A DNA stretch of 61,652 nucleotides, filler included, from Sluysia triapertura (taxonomy: Eukaryota): assembly GCA_046118255.1 (NCBI GenBank). It is 5 parts of 5 records of this genome, joined end to end, with 100 filler letters (N's around TTAATTAATTAA, not from the genome) between each part and the next. Parts side by side here need not be neighbours in the genome. Positions count along the whole stretch, not along the records: positions 35,437 to 48,402 come from JBJNIA010068509.1; positions 48,503 to 61,652 come from JBJNIA010056327.1; 3 more parts are not named here. One strand, written 5' to 3'. Made by a program: the position numbers and the translations under genes. The notes beneath the pieces were generated by a model. That model made no database searches. It was not told where the DNA came from and was given only the letters and a program-made list of their open reading frames with translations. Position 1 is the stretch's first letter; each line of letters starts with the position of its first letter. Positions 39,938 through 52,749 of this stretch are shown one piece after another.

Positions 39938-40289
39938 TTCTTGTTAATGCAAAAAATCAATTAAAGTTTGATCATTTTATGCTATTCGATTTCAAAGAAG
40001 AATGTTACATATTGATAATTTTAAAACATGAAGTTCTTTTACATAACCCATGTCTGTATTTCTTGTTGCCTTAACGAAGGTCAAGTAAATAAATGATTCT
40101 ACAAAAGATAGATGTACAACAACGAGCACAATTCTATAAGATCCCGATTCGCATGTCAATTTGCCTGATAATAAAGCAACAATAGATTATTCAACATATA
40201 TTCAACAGACTTCATTTAACTACTATTATTTCACAAACAATTGTACTCTTCCAGCAATCACATCATTAATCGGTATTGCTTCAAACCAG

Positions 40290-40543
40290 CAGAGGTATAA
40301 TTTTTTCCGAACAGTCCAATGTCCATACCAAGTGAATGCTGTAAGTTTGGACAATCTTGTAATTTCTATCATAGTGTCCAAGAGATGCGTTATATCCATG
40401 TTAAACCAAAAATTATTGATGATCATTTAGAACGTATAAATAATTTAATGAGCATTCAAGCTGGTAAAGTTAAAGCAAGTGGACATTTAACAAAAATCAT
40501 GTTGACAATACTCAATCTATCAGCTCTTTTGTTGGAGTGTTGA
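40290..40543 (+). pseudogene. CCCH zinc-finger (tristetraprolin-like) fragment with a frameshift
   Basis: FRTVQCPYQVN /frameshift/ CKFGQSCNFYHSVQEMR reconstructs the (Y/F)(K/R)TxxC-x7/8-C-x5-C-x3-H...ELR pattern. Confidence 0.6.
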
Positions 40544-40549
40544 TCTGAG

Positions 40550-41580
40550 AGTCATGATCTGAACATAATTCTTGGGCACGGTTTCGATCTGGATCTGTTT
40601 CTGTTGTTTTCTTCAATGATTTGGACAAAACCAATCTAATGTAATCTTCTGGTAATGAAGATATAACCCTTTGTTTAAGCCACTTAATTTTTTCATTTGA
40701 TATCTTATGGAGAGATGTTATACTGACTTGACATCAACCATTGAGCAAATTGTGGTTTGTTGAAGAGTTAATATTACTGTCAGAAATAACTGGAGACGCT
40801 TGGCTAATGCAAGGTTGAATACACTTAACATTTATTGGCGGAGGAAGATCTTGATTAATTAATGGCATTATCGGTGAAGATTGTTGATTATTCTTTGTGT
40901 TAGTCATTGTTGTCGCTGTTACTGATGAATCGTGCGCGGAATCAAAGGTTTTCTTTTTCATTTGATTGGGTAATGTAATCAATGAATCAAATTTGTCTTG
41001 TGTTTGAACCAAATGTGGTCTACTTCCGAAAGTATATAAACCGGAACACATGCCCATTTGGAAATCACGACTACTTGGACTTGGAGCACTTGATATTTTG
41101 GATGCCGATTTTGATTTTTCAGCTTTACTTCGAGATCGGTTATCAATAGAACATCCAGCGGATTTGATTTCTCGATTACCAAAGTAGCTTTGAAGGCCGT
41201 TTCTAAATTATGAAACAATTTTTTTATTTTGCATTATTATTTATCTTTCTCGAAATGTAAAACAACAAAATATCACGTGCTTTCTAAAAAAGATATTGAT
41301 GAATAAGAAATTATGAGTTGAATTTTGACTAAAATTGCATTTCAAAGATTCTCTTTACCAAGCGAAATTATGGTACTGATAAAAATTGAGATTTCCGGAA
41401 ATAACACGAATAATCAATAATACGAAAGAAAGTAAAAAAAACTGATCATACGTAGTTCTAACTTCTTTTTGAAATATTTAAATACATCTTAGCACATTCT
41501 ACGCAGTGCTATCTGAGTGTGACGAGCATATGCAACTTGCAGGACAATATGCTAACGACAGCGCATAATCGATTATATCA
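40550..41580 (-). pseudogene. Possible decayed LRR surface-protein gene (LRRNT cap, LRR-like traces, Ser/Thr/Pro-rich tail)
   Basis: ALSLAYCPASCICSSHSDST/VECAKMYL at ~41570-41480, then LIISYSSISFLE and LFHNLET, then frameshifted S/T/P-rich ORFs 41218-40979 and 41057-40734. Confidence 0.35.
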
Positions 41581-41829
41581 TGTTAAATCGTTCGAGCTCG
41601 AATTTTCAAATTGTTTCAAAAAATAAAACACTAAGACTTAGATTCCCATGAAGTTTATTTCTAAAATATACCTTTGTAACTTCAAACAGGGATTAAACAA
41701 TTTCAGTTTTGCTTAACAAATTGAAATAAAAAATTGGCAACCAAACATTTAAATATAAAATTTAAAATTAGAACGAAAAAAAATTAAAACACAGTATAAA
41801 CAATAAAAAAGAAATTATTACTTAAAATC

Positions 41830-42400
41830 GAATATCCATCTTATTTAACGCATCTTATTTAATGAATCTTTGTAAATGTGCGATACATTTGGTATTTCAC
41901 AACTGTTAAATTTTTTATATTTAACGATACTCCACTTGAGTCAAATCCATTCTGTCTTAATCAGATAAAATTTATTGTATTTCAGTATCTAAATCTCTTT
42001 CAATGTCAGCTTTTAAATTTGACCAGGCATGTTCGATAGCATTAAACATTAGGCTGTATAGCTCGAGTCATAACAATCGATGACTAATAATTAATTTTTT
42101 GGAAGAAGTTTCTCTATTGACAAGGAGCATAATCCGTTACCACTATAAGTTTTGATTGGTACATATTTTGAGCATTCCGAAGACATTTGATTAAAAATTC
42201 TTTGGCTCCTGGCTTTTTGAAAGCTCCTCTTCTAATTTCATGATTAATTAAAGCGATATATCCAATAATATATATATTTGACCCTTTGCAACTAAAATTA
42301 CTCTCATCCTTGTAAAATATAAGAATGCTATCCGCTTAGTATTATTTCCTTCAATGTTTGCCTTTTCTCCTTCCGAAAACAACTTCGTGATTTTCTTGGG
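41830..42400 (-). mobile_element. IS630/Tc1/mariner DDE transposase remnant
   Basis: Minus fragments HEIRRGAFKKPGAKEFLIKCLR, VVTDYAP (DNAP-like) and LELYSLMFNAIEHAWSNLKADIER (LPPYSPxLNPIExxW motif), with several stops and frameshifts. Confidence 0.8.
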
Positions 42401-45400
42401 TTATTTTCAACACATTGTTACATAAAGATGTAGTATTCAGTAAAAAAAATTCAAATTGAAATGTATATAAGCACTTCCATATCTTACATCAAAGACGAAG
42501 AAACTTTGATCTTCGTAGTGAATTTAATATTAATATTAAGAATAAATTCAAAGTAATTTTTGCCTGAGAGAATTAATATAGACGTTAATTTAGTTTATAT
42601 TATTTTTCACAAACACTGTAAAAGGTTTATTTGTAAAATGAATTGGATTTGTGTTATATATATTAATTTGGATCAATACGTTAAACTTGTTTACATTAGT
42701 TAATCCATTATTCGCAAATGTCTCATTTTTGGGACACATTTTCATATTTTTTTATTTTTAAAATAATGAGATCACATCACATTCTCCATGAAACTAACAA
42801 TTAAATCAAAAATAATTCCAGTTGATTAGTAAGAACACCATTATCAGTTAATTTAATTTTTTGTATTTTTGAATACCAGAAAACAATATAAAACTTTATC
42901 CTTTTAAACTCATCAAACATGTTTGTGTACTATCTTTTATTCAACATACAATGAAATAAAACTTAATTTATTGATTTTGATAAGTATTCAACTAGTTTAT
43001 CTTCGATTTTATTGCAAATCACAAATTTCGCAGAACAAAATATTTTGTATTTCCAATATATATTAGGGCCAACTCTTCTGTTAAATGCCTTCAAAAATTG
43101 ATTTTAAATATTGGATTAAAAATAAATTTAAATATATTATTGTACAACTTTGTCATGTTTGTATTATTTTATTATAATTATTATGAACTTTAAAATACGA
43201 TAGTTTTCATTTCTTATAAATTTTATCAATTTAATTAGTTTATAATCTCTCTCTGCATCAAGGAGATAAGCCTTGAACTCGTACTTGATCATGGAAGTGC
43301 AAATCTGAGTAATTAAATTAAGTCAAAGTTTCAGATTTGAATATACTAAACTATAAATTAAATATTTAACACACTAAGGTATTGTTAGAACATTACTCCT
43401 TAATAACAAGATATAATGATAATCATAATCATAATATTAACAAACTAATATGGTGTGTAATCAATTACCAAAGTGAATATAAATTGATATCACACCTCTG
43501 GAACAAACTCTTTTAATTGTTAACATAGAGTTTTATTATCAATCATTACAATTTCATCAACAAATTTTTTATCAATTTTTATTTAAATACACTCTAGTTT
43601 TTTGAACCAAAAGAAAAAATTTTGTTCAAGATTGCAAATTCTTTAATTGCTCACAATTAAAATTTGGGTAACAACTGAAAATTTTGTGAAGCAATAAATC
43701 TGAATTATTCGAAAGTGTTTGACAAAATATTAGTCTGCCTCGTTAAGGAAACGAAACATTTAGCATAAAACCTTAAGGAATGTTTTAGCAACTTTGTCCT
43801 AATACAATAAACTGTTATTATTATTAAGGTTTAAACCCTTAATAAGTAAATTTAATTGAAAATAAATACATTTAAAAAGTGTACATTCTAAGCCTCCTCT
43901 TGCATTTTTTATTATTTCATTGATATTGTCGATTTTTGAAATAAATTCTATTTGTGAAATTGATATTATTTAATATTTACTAGCAATTTAACGTCGTTAA
44001 TCCATCCATAAGATCTTTATCTACAAGAAATAATATAACATCAAATGTAATGTCTAAATTTATGTATTGATAGCTTAACTACCCTAACAGATTTTTTTAA
44101 TTAACGAGACGAAAAAGACCAAACACAATCAATAAAATTTATTAAGTTATCTGTTTAAAATCCTATAGGATTGTCCATCGCTTAGGTGATAAGTCTTTTA
44201 CAATAGGCGAAACGATTGAATTTCTATTTTTTGAGGTTAAAATCTAAATGAAACCCTCTCAGTAAAATTATTAAAACAAAAATTAATAAATAAATTTATC
44301 GTGTCAGGTCACGCATAATTTAATATATTTCAAAATGTTTGTAGATTTTATTTTTATTAAATTTAAGTTTAGATATTCTACGTAGCAAATAAATATAACG
44401 TGTTAATTAATTTCATAATTATTAAACAATTTTGAAAATTTTCAAATCAAAATGAATTCAGAACATTGATTTTAAAACTTGTTAATTATGTATGGAAAAT
44501 ACCACTCCGAGTTTATTACGTTCTATTTCGTTTGCTTCTTAAATTAAATGCTTTCTTGATTTCTGAAACTTTTTAGCTGTTTTTTTGAAAATAAAGAAAT
44601 TACTGAAGTATATTAGTTTTAATTTATAAAATTATTCTCAATAATTTAAATGTTAAAATATTTGTTCATTATTTTCATATTAACTGTTAAAAGTGCAAAA
44701 ATATACTTACAATATCATAATCAGAAAATATTGTCTAAGCCTCCGTACACAATTTAGATTAAAATTATAACAAAATTTCATCTCAATAAAATCTTAAGGC
44801 TTTAAATTAAAATTTATATTTATATAAAGACATGTTAACGCATATAGTGGCAAATAAATGCTACTTTTAACGAAATATTGAATTCTACTTGAATGTCTGA
44901 TAACATATCATTAATAATATTGTGATAAAAGTAGTTATATTTACAAATACACCAACTCAAAGTAACTCAAATGACATTGATATTTTCGAAAGTCCGCAAT
45001 ATGAATAAGACATACTTTTGATCTACGCAATGTGGAAAAGTTTTGATTAGTACTTTTTAAGTTAATGCTTTAAATGAATAAAAGCAAAAAAACATTTTGG
45101 TATCACCGAAGTGATTCTTTTAAACTTCCGAAATTGTTGAATTTGTATTACATAATAATGGATAATTATGTAGTTAGTAATACTTTTAGATATTAAAAAA
45201 TTCTAAATTTGGCGTTGGATATGAAAGTGACGTAATTCAACTGTTAATACTAAATCAATCCTTTCAATTCTTAGATATCATCATTGACTGAAATTTTACA
45301 ATTTTTACAGAATAAAAAACTGTACCCCATGTCAATTATAAAATTAGAAGTTTTAAAATTAAACAGCATTTAATATTAAACATCTGAGATTTTGCAAATC

Positions 45401-46154
45401 TATAAAACGCAAGCAAAAAATACATATAATCCTTAGATTAAACAGAATATTCTCCTATTTTTACTAATAACTGGCACCTTATAATATTGTAATACCAGTA
45501 CATTAATAAATTGTTTTTTCATTCGACTAAAAAAATTTTATATTTTTTACTATAATTCGTTGCCGAAACTTTCATAGTCGCAAAATTACTGTAAATACAA
45601 AAATTAAGATTTCTTACTTTGAGTCACTACTTTGATTCCTATACTTTTTTATTCGAATATTATCATGATTTAACTTTTTAGGTTCATTAGGAGGATGTGG
45701 ATTTAAATGTTTCGATCCACTCATTTAAAGCTAGATTTAATAAATTAGAAAAATCTAAAAAAATAATTTTCTTCAGATGGTTCTGATATGACAATCAATG
45801 AAAGACCTATAAATTTATTAATTAAAATAAGACTAAAACCAACATGTATACAGAATGACTAATTATGTAAAACCATTACATAGATTTTGTAATTATTCAC
45901 TTATTTAACTTGATATTAATATATTTAAGTGACCAAATTTGAAGAAATGATTAGTGCACACCACTTTCATTTCTCCGATAAATTATATTTGTTTAAATTA
46001 TAAATATATTATTTTGATATATTTAAACGAAACTTTAAAAAAATTTAAAACAAAAGAGATACACAATTAGCCACTGTATTAGGCGCAAATTTTTACGTAA
46101 TGTAAGTTTTAAAATCAAATTAAAACAATATTCTATTAATGTAATAAAACATGA

Positions 46155-47606
46155 TTAGTTTTGTGATAAAGATAATGACAAGGGGTTGTTGAACGAGGGT
46201 AATTGATTTAGAGAATTTAATAGATTGAGATTCGGATACATAATTGATCTACTATCTATATTATTTAAATTAACTCCTAAGTTATTCGGAACTGTATTTG
46301 GTCCATTTATGCCAATATTAGGTGAATTTATATTATTTAAATCAACACCATTATTATTAGAATTAATACTATTTGGATTAACATTGTTTCCATTTACATT
46401 ATTATTTAATGAACCATAACTTGGTAAACCATTAACATTAGTTGATTGTCCATCTAAGTTATTTCCGGATAACCCACTAAAACCATTATTAGGCAAACCA
46501 CCCAAACCATTATTAGGCAAACCACCCAAACCATTATTAGGCAAACTACTCAAACCATTATTAGGCAAACCACCCAAACCATTATTAGGCAAACCACCCA
46601 AACCATTATTAGGCAAACCACCCAAACCATTATTAGACAGTCCATTCAAACCATTAAATGCGTTACCATAATTTGTTACACCATTATTTCCAAGTGGATT
46701 ATTTATTCCATTATTTGATATACTACTTAAATCAGTTCCAGACAATCCATTGTTTGGAATAGTATTCAGACCATTAATATTTAAAGAACTCAAAACTTCA
46801 CCATTCAAACCATTATTTAAATTTCCATTATTTAAATTACCATTATTATTGCTGTAAGTTCTACTATAACTACTGAAGGAATAACTGTTTGGATTTAAAT
46901 TATTCCTCCCATTAGGATTTGCATCTCTGTAAACATAATTATAATAATTGCCTTTCATTTTTCCAAAACCTGAATTTCCTACATTCGTATCTACTCTAAA
47001 AGTTTGAGTTGGTAATATGGAACTTAAACTTTTGGTTCCACTTCTGTAACTATATAATGGTGTATTTGTTAAGGATGCACTTGGTAACGATTTTATTAAA
47101 CTATTACTTCTAAATAATGATGCTGAATTTAAATTTAATGGACTTAACAAACTAGGACTTAAAAGATTGCTACGTAAACTGGAACTATAACTATTTAAGT
47201 ACGGTAGACTTAATTGACTATTTAACGTTGGAAAGTTTCCGTAGTCACTGTACAAAGACCTAATTAAACTTGGATATGGTGTTAATCCATAACTGCTTCG
47301 CAAACCAGTTCCCGATGTATCCAATAAATTATTAGTGTCATATACAGTTTCTGTATCTGCATCATCGATGTCATCAATGGTAACAGTTGGTTCGGTTATA
47401 TCATAATCACTTGTTAATACGCGACTCGCTCCTAACCCATTAGTTAAAATGGGGTTTAGCAGTCGATATTCCATTAAGTTCCCAATACCATATTTATTTA
47501 ATCCGCTATTATATTGATATATTCTACTCTTTCGTAATGGTAATAAACCACAAGAATATAGATATATAATACTTAGCAATAACATAGATTTAAAGATCTT
47601 TTTCAT
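46155..47606 (-). CDS. Secreted Asn/Gly/Ser/Leu-rich low-complexity protein with (GLGGLPNN)n repeat
   Basis: Uninterrupted single-exon ORF. The first ATG is at 47606 (MKKIFKSMLLLSIIYLYSCG, signal-peptide-like), followed by a short acidic patch, a Ser/Tyr/Leu-rich region and an Asn/Gly-rich C-terminal half. Confidence 0.8.
   Translation of the reverse strand: MKKIFKSMLLLSIIYLYSCGLLPLRKSRIYQYNSGLNKYGIGNLMEYRLLNPILTNGLGASRVLTSDYDITEPTVTIDDIDDADTETVYDTNNLLDTSGTGLRSSYGLTPYPSLIRSLYSDYGNFPTLNSQLSLPYLNSYSSSLRSNLLSPSLLSPLNLNSASLFRSNSLIKSLPSASLTNTPLYSYRSGTKSLSSILPTQTFRVDTNVGNSGFGKMKGNYYNYVYRDANPNGRNNLNPNSYSFSSYSRTYSNNNGNLNNGNLNNGLNGEVLSSLNINGLNTIPNNGLSGTDLSSISNNGINNPLGNNGVTNYGNAFNGLNGLSNNGLGGLPNNGLGGLPNNGLGGLPNNGLSSLPNNGLGGLPNNGLGGLPNNGFSGLSGNNLDGQSTNVNGLPSYGSLNNNVNGNNVNPNSINSNNNGVDLNNINSPNIGINGPNTVPNNLGVNLNNIDSRSIMYPNLNLLNSLNQLPSFNNPLSLSLSQN
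46480..46636. repeat. 24-bp coding tandem repeat, about 6.5 units (AAACCATTATTAGGCAAACCACCC)
   Basis: Directly visible; in frame within the minus-strand ORF. Confidence 0.95.
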
Positions 47607-47962
47607 TTTAGACTTAGTAAAGTTTAACAATAGGTAGTCATATTTATATCTTATTCATCGTTATGTAATTTCAAATTTACCAATCAAATCACTAATTCAT
47701 ATTTTTATAACAATAATAATGTAGATGTAGTTTAGAATAAAAATTAAATTTTAAGTTATATTTATTTCAATTTGAATTGGTTCTTGTAAATTTAAATGTA
47801 ATTACTATTCTAAAATCACTCAAAGTTTTGATAAATAATTTTAAGTTTTATTAATTAAAAAGCATGCATAAATTAAAATTTTAATTTAATTGGTTGATGT
47901 CATTAAGAATTTAGATAAATTTACGAATCGTACCATTACAAATTATTTTTAAAATTGAAAAA

Positions 47963-48402
47963 ATGATTTTGAATGTGTGGTCTACTGCTTTTTTGGTATG
48001 TTATGTTTTTAATCCAGCTAAATCGTTTATTGGTGTGAATACGCTTTCACGAATGAATGCTCTAAATTCAATAAATGGAAGGAATTATCAAAATATGAAT
48101 CAAATGTCTAATGGACAGTCTGGTTTGAATTCTGACAATGTAATGTCAAATTTTATGACTAATCAAAATGGTTACAGTCTCTCACATCCTTCTTTTTTTG
48201 ATGTCAACAATTTTAGGACCCAAAACTTAAATCAACCTGATAATCAACAAAATCAAAATTTTGTATCATCACTGCCCCAGCAATTAATGATTCCAGCATT
48301 TTATTCCAAGAATTACATGAGTTCATTAAATAGTAATTTAAATACAAATCCATCATTTCCTCCTATTGAGTCTAATTCTGATGAGGACCCTAGCTTTAAT
48401 AA
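47963..48402 (+). CDS. Secreted Asn/Gln/Ser-rich low-complexity protein (3' end truncated by the scaffold end)
   Basis: AAAAAATG start, signal-like MILNVWSTAFLVCYVFNPAKS, and an open frame up to the linker. Confidence 0.65.
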
Positions 48403-48502
48403 NNNNNNNNNNNNNNNNNNNNNNNNNNNNNNNNNNNNNNNNNNNNTTAATTAATTAANNNNNNNNNNNNNNNNNNNNNNNNNNNNNNNNNNNNNNNNNN
48501 NN
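48403..48502. other. Artificial scaffold linker
   Basis: 100 nt, linker at 48447-48458. Confidence 0.95.
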
Positions 48503-48752
48503 AATGCACGGTAATTATACAAAGAAAAATTGATGTAATATTGATAAAATTTTAATAATTATTTTTCAAATGTTAAGTCGAGGTTAACCCGAAGATTTAT
48601 TCTTGGGTGCTTAATAATTATAATTAAAATTTTACGTATAGTTTAAAACGCCTACTATTAGGGTTAAAACTTATGAAAAATAAGCTTACTTAATTACAAA
48701 AAATTAAATTCTTTCGAGAAACAAATGGCTCCAATTCTTGTCCGGATAATCG

Positions 48753-49095
48753 CACAATGTAAAAATTTGTTCCAATGTAAATCTTCTTAAATCAAATCGT
48801 CCACAATGTAAAACTTTGTTCCAATGTAAATCTTCTTAAATCAAATCGTCCACAATGTACAACTTTTGAATCAGCTTTCAACTTCCCTTTATATATTGAG
48901 TTAAGTTTCCGTATTTAATTTAATAATAAATATACGTAATTCATTTTTTCGAATAAATAAATATTTCAGCTGATTAATAACCGTTTTTATGAGAATAAAT
49001 AGTTTCCGTATTTAATTAAATAAATATACGTAATTTTTTTGAATAATATAAATAAATATTTCAGATGATTAATAACCGTTTTTATGAGAATAAAT
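48753..49095 (+). repeat. Two local tandem duplications (49-bp unit at 48753-48858; ~95-bp unit at 48903-49095)
   Basis: CACAATGTAAAA.TTTGTTCCAATGTAAATCTTCTTAAATCAAATCGTC occurs twice; AGTTTCCGTATTTAATT..GATTAATAACCGTTTTTATGAGAATAAAT occurs twice. Confidence 0.9.
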
Positions 49096-51366
49096 TGATG
49101 TTTAATAATGTTCTTCCGTTTTAAACTAATATTGTTTACGCTAATTAAACTTTCATTATTTTAATTTATTACTGATTATTATTAATTATTATTATTTACA
49201 AATTATTATTATTTTTTACTTTAATATAATATTATTCTTATAATTTTATTATACAAATTATTATTATTTTTTACTTTAATACATTATTTACACTAATATT
49301 ACAATATTATTCTTTTATTTACACCAATATTATTCTTTACACTACTATATCAAAATTTAATCAAGAATGATTTTATTTTGAAAGTTTCAACTATTTAATA
49401 AGGTTACTAAACGATCAAGAATTCAAGATTACTTAAAAGTCCTACATAATCTCAAAGTTCAGAATTTCAAAGAAACCTTAATGCTTCTGAAGATTTTCCA
49501 ATCCAACCTCAAGTTTCCATAAGGTCTCAAGACTTTATAAAGGTCTTTGGAACTCTAAAGTATTATTCAGTTGTTCATCCTTCAAAGTACTCATCTTCTA
49601 TCCATCACTTTGAATCTTTCAGTATTTCAAAGTATATTCTAATACTTAAATTTCTTTTATTAATAACCAAAGCTTTCTTTCTTGGCTAATTCGCATTTAC
49701 GTTAACAATTGTTCGATTTCAATTATTTACTGTTCGAATGAATAAGAAATGAAAAACTATAAGGTGTATTAAAAACAAAATTATAGGCAAAACTATAATT
49801 ATATTCTTTATAATATAATTATATTTAATTAAAAACAATTAATAAAATAAAAAATACATTATTATAGCTAGAATCGTTTTAAAAATTTAATTGTCTAGTA
49901 TAAATTTAGACATACGACTAATACGTTAACTTAACAGAATCAACTTCCTGGTAACTTGATGAACGATTAATGAAATAATTAATAAATTGAAATTTGACGG
50001 AAATTGCCTTTATATACGTCAATCAACAGGAACAGCGAATATTAATATTGAACCTTAAACTAAAAACTAACAATGTAATGAACAATAAAGGTTTTTATCA
50101 ACTAATTGCTAAGTTGTGCTTATCACTAAGCTATATGATTCATTTATATATGAATATAAAGCAAGTCATCAGTACATCTTTCTCAAATAATTACTTTATT
50201 TTAGATAAAATTATTTTAATTGGTACAAAACAGGTTAGTATTCATATTATACTAATATACTATACTATTATCTGTGTATAATAGATAACCACATTACAGG
50301 TTATTTAGTTTGTTGTAATTATTATTTTAAGGTGAAAGTTGAACTACTAATAAAGAATTTATAGGATTCATTTGTATGTGATTTCTCACCTTGAAAATGA
50401 TTTTAATTTACATCAATGCTTTTGAGTGTACTGTGGGAGTGAATTACATAAATTATTTCATAAGTAATCAAAATACTAGACACTATCAAATTTAACAAAA
50501 TTTCATTACTAATTACATTAAAAATGTACCAAAATGCATCACTCACATATAACGTCACAAAAAAGGAAGATCCAACGTAATAGATGGTATAATTTGTCAC
50601 CTGTACAATTTCGATAAAAATATTTTATATTTTTAAAAGATACCACATTAAAGCCAAAAATTTATCACATACTATATAACCAGTTTTACCATGCTGCCAA
50701 TTTTAAACTAATAAAATCATACTGTTAAAGTTTTAATTCCTTTACAAAGTATTTACATGCACCTTAATTGTATTTATCTCTGCATGAATTCATGTCTTTC
50801 TTTAGCTCTTTTCTTAAGTGTAATAAAAAAATCCTTGCGTATTAATGAAGTATTTCTATCGAATGTTCAAATTTCTAAGTTGTTAGTTGCTTCAAAGCCT
50901 AATGTAGTAACTAAAACTTTGTATTTACTCTCGATGCAACATTTTAATTCCTAACTGACCACCTCATTAAATGTGATGGGTTTTTTACATTCTATTTTTA
51001 TTTTACTTAATTAAAATTTTCGAATTTATTGTAGTCTTTAAAGCTAACTAAAATTTGTTTAATTTTAACATAGTGTTTAATTCCACTACAGTATTTTACT
51101 AATAGTAGCTTTGGGTAATCGCTTTTTTTGTTTCCTTTAGAGTTCGAATAAAGAACAAGAATACTAATTTACATGTGCCTAAATTTGTCGAATTCGTATA
51201 TCAATTCCATTACATAGGAATATAATTAATTATCACATCAAATTCATTAAGACTCTAATTTTTAAATATTAAACTCCAAATTCATTTTTCTTTGAATCAT
51301 AAATGTGCAGAATTAAAATTACATTTTTCAATATTCAAAAATCAGAATTTCCAATTTTATATTACA

Positions 51367-51740
51367 TTAGTCAAACAAGCCGAAACCCATATCTTCTTCG
51401 GACTCCGATTCACTTTCTTCCTTCTTTTCCTCTTTCTTTACTTCTGCAACTGCAGCTTCAGTTGGTGCTACTGGAGCTGATGCTGTTACTGGTGCTGTAC
51501 TTACACCACCAGTTGGGACTGAAGCTAATTTGCATAAACCTTCATTATACCATTCTTCAATTTTTTTCCCATGTAATTGTTCAATTAACTGAAAAATCTT
51601 TAATTTTAATAAAAAATTACTTTTTTGCATTCTTCGCCTGAATATTCAGCTCCTACGCTACTTAAAGTACCTTCAATTTCTTTAGCTGTGACTTCTCTAC
51701 CAGTTAAAGATATTAACATATAAGCTGCTAAGTATTTCAT
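51367..51740 (-). CDS. RPLP2: 60S acidic ribosomal protein P2, 113 aa; exons 51740-51621 and 51588-51367
   Basis: MKYLAAYMLISLTG..EIEGTLSSVGAE..CKK | LIEQLHGKKIEEWYNEGLCKLASVPTGG..Ala-rich hinge..EESESESEEDMGFGLFD. Removing the 32-nt GTAATT..TTTCAG intron (51620-51589) gives an intact frame. Confidence 0.96.
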
Positions 51741-52749
51741 TTTGATTTAAATTTGATATAATATTTATATTTTACTTTTTAAAACAAAAAACTAAATTAA
51801 AAAAGGTATTACTCAATAATTATTTATATTAAAATTAATATAATTTTTGCATAAAGTAAATGGTAAAGCTATTTTGCATTGTTTATTTTACGTATTTTAC
51901 ATTTTGTAAATGTTTTAATATTAGATTAAATAACGAATTTGAATATATAAAAATGATATAAATATTGTATAAATATTCATTGTAATAAATTAGACAAAAA
52001 ATTATTTGAAAAGTAATGTATATCATTTAAAATAGTAAAGGATAATACGGTTTAATATGTATCACTTTAGTAATTGTTCTCACCCTTAAATTACTACTAC
52101 CAAATATCAAACAATTATAAAATCGAATTGAAATATGTAACTTTATAACTTACAACTTATTCTTGTAAAATATATAAAATTATCCTTAAATTCAATCGAA
52201 AAGTAAAATTAAATAACAAAATATCAAAATTTTATCGTGAATATAATAAAATCTCTTAAAATTTATAATCCGTTTCAAACTTAGTAATTTAACTAACAGC
52301 TTAACAAAACTTAATGCAATTCAAAGAAAACGACTTATCGCAAAACTTATCAATTAATATCTTATTAGTTCAGAAAAATTATACAAACGGCAATATAATT
52401 TACAAACAATACAAAAGGAATTCAAATTCAACCTTATAACTTAATAAAATTGTAAGAAATTCAATATAATTTCACGTTTTTTATTTCATAAGTTATAAAT
52501 ACGATTGAATTTAATTTATTTAAATAATATCGGCTGATTTTATTTAGCAAGGTAATAAATAAACAATTGATATTAATTTTATTTATTTCGAATGTACAAT
52601 TTTGATTCATGTTAAAAGTTTTAGTCTCTAATATAATATATGGTGAACAGTTTTCATTCCAGAGTTCATTAATATTCTTTCATTGTGGATTTCTAAAATA
52701 AAAGGAATAAAAATCAAATAAGAAAAGGATATAAAATAATAAAATTACT

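Noticed and set aside
50750-51130. Minus-strand KPITFNEVV gag-like trace
   Set aside because: Too decayed to support a call.
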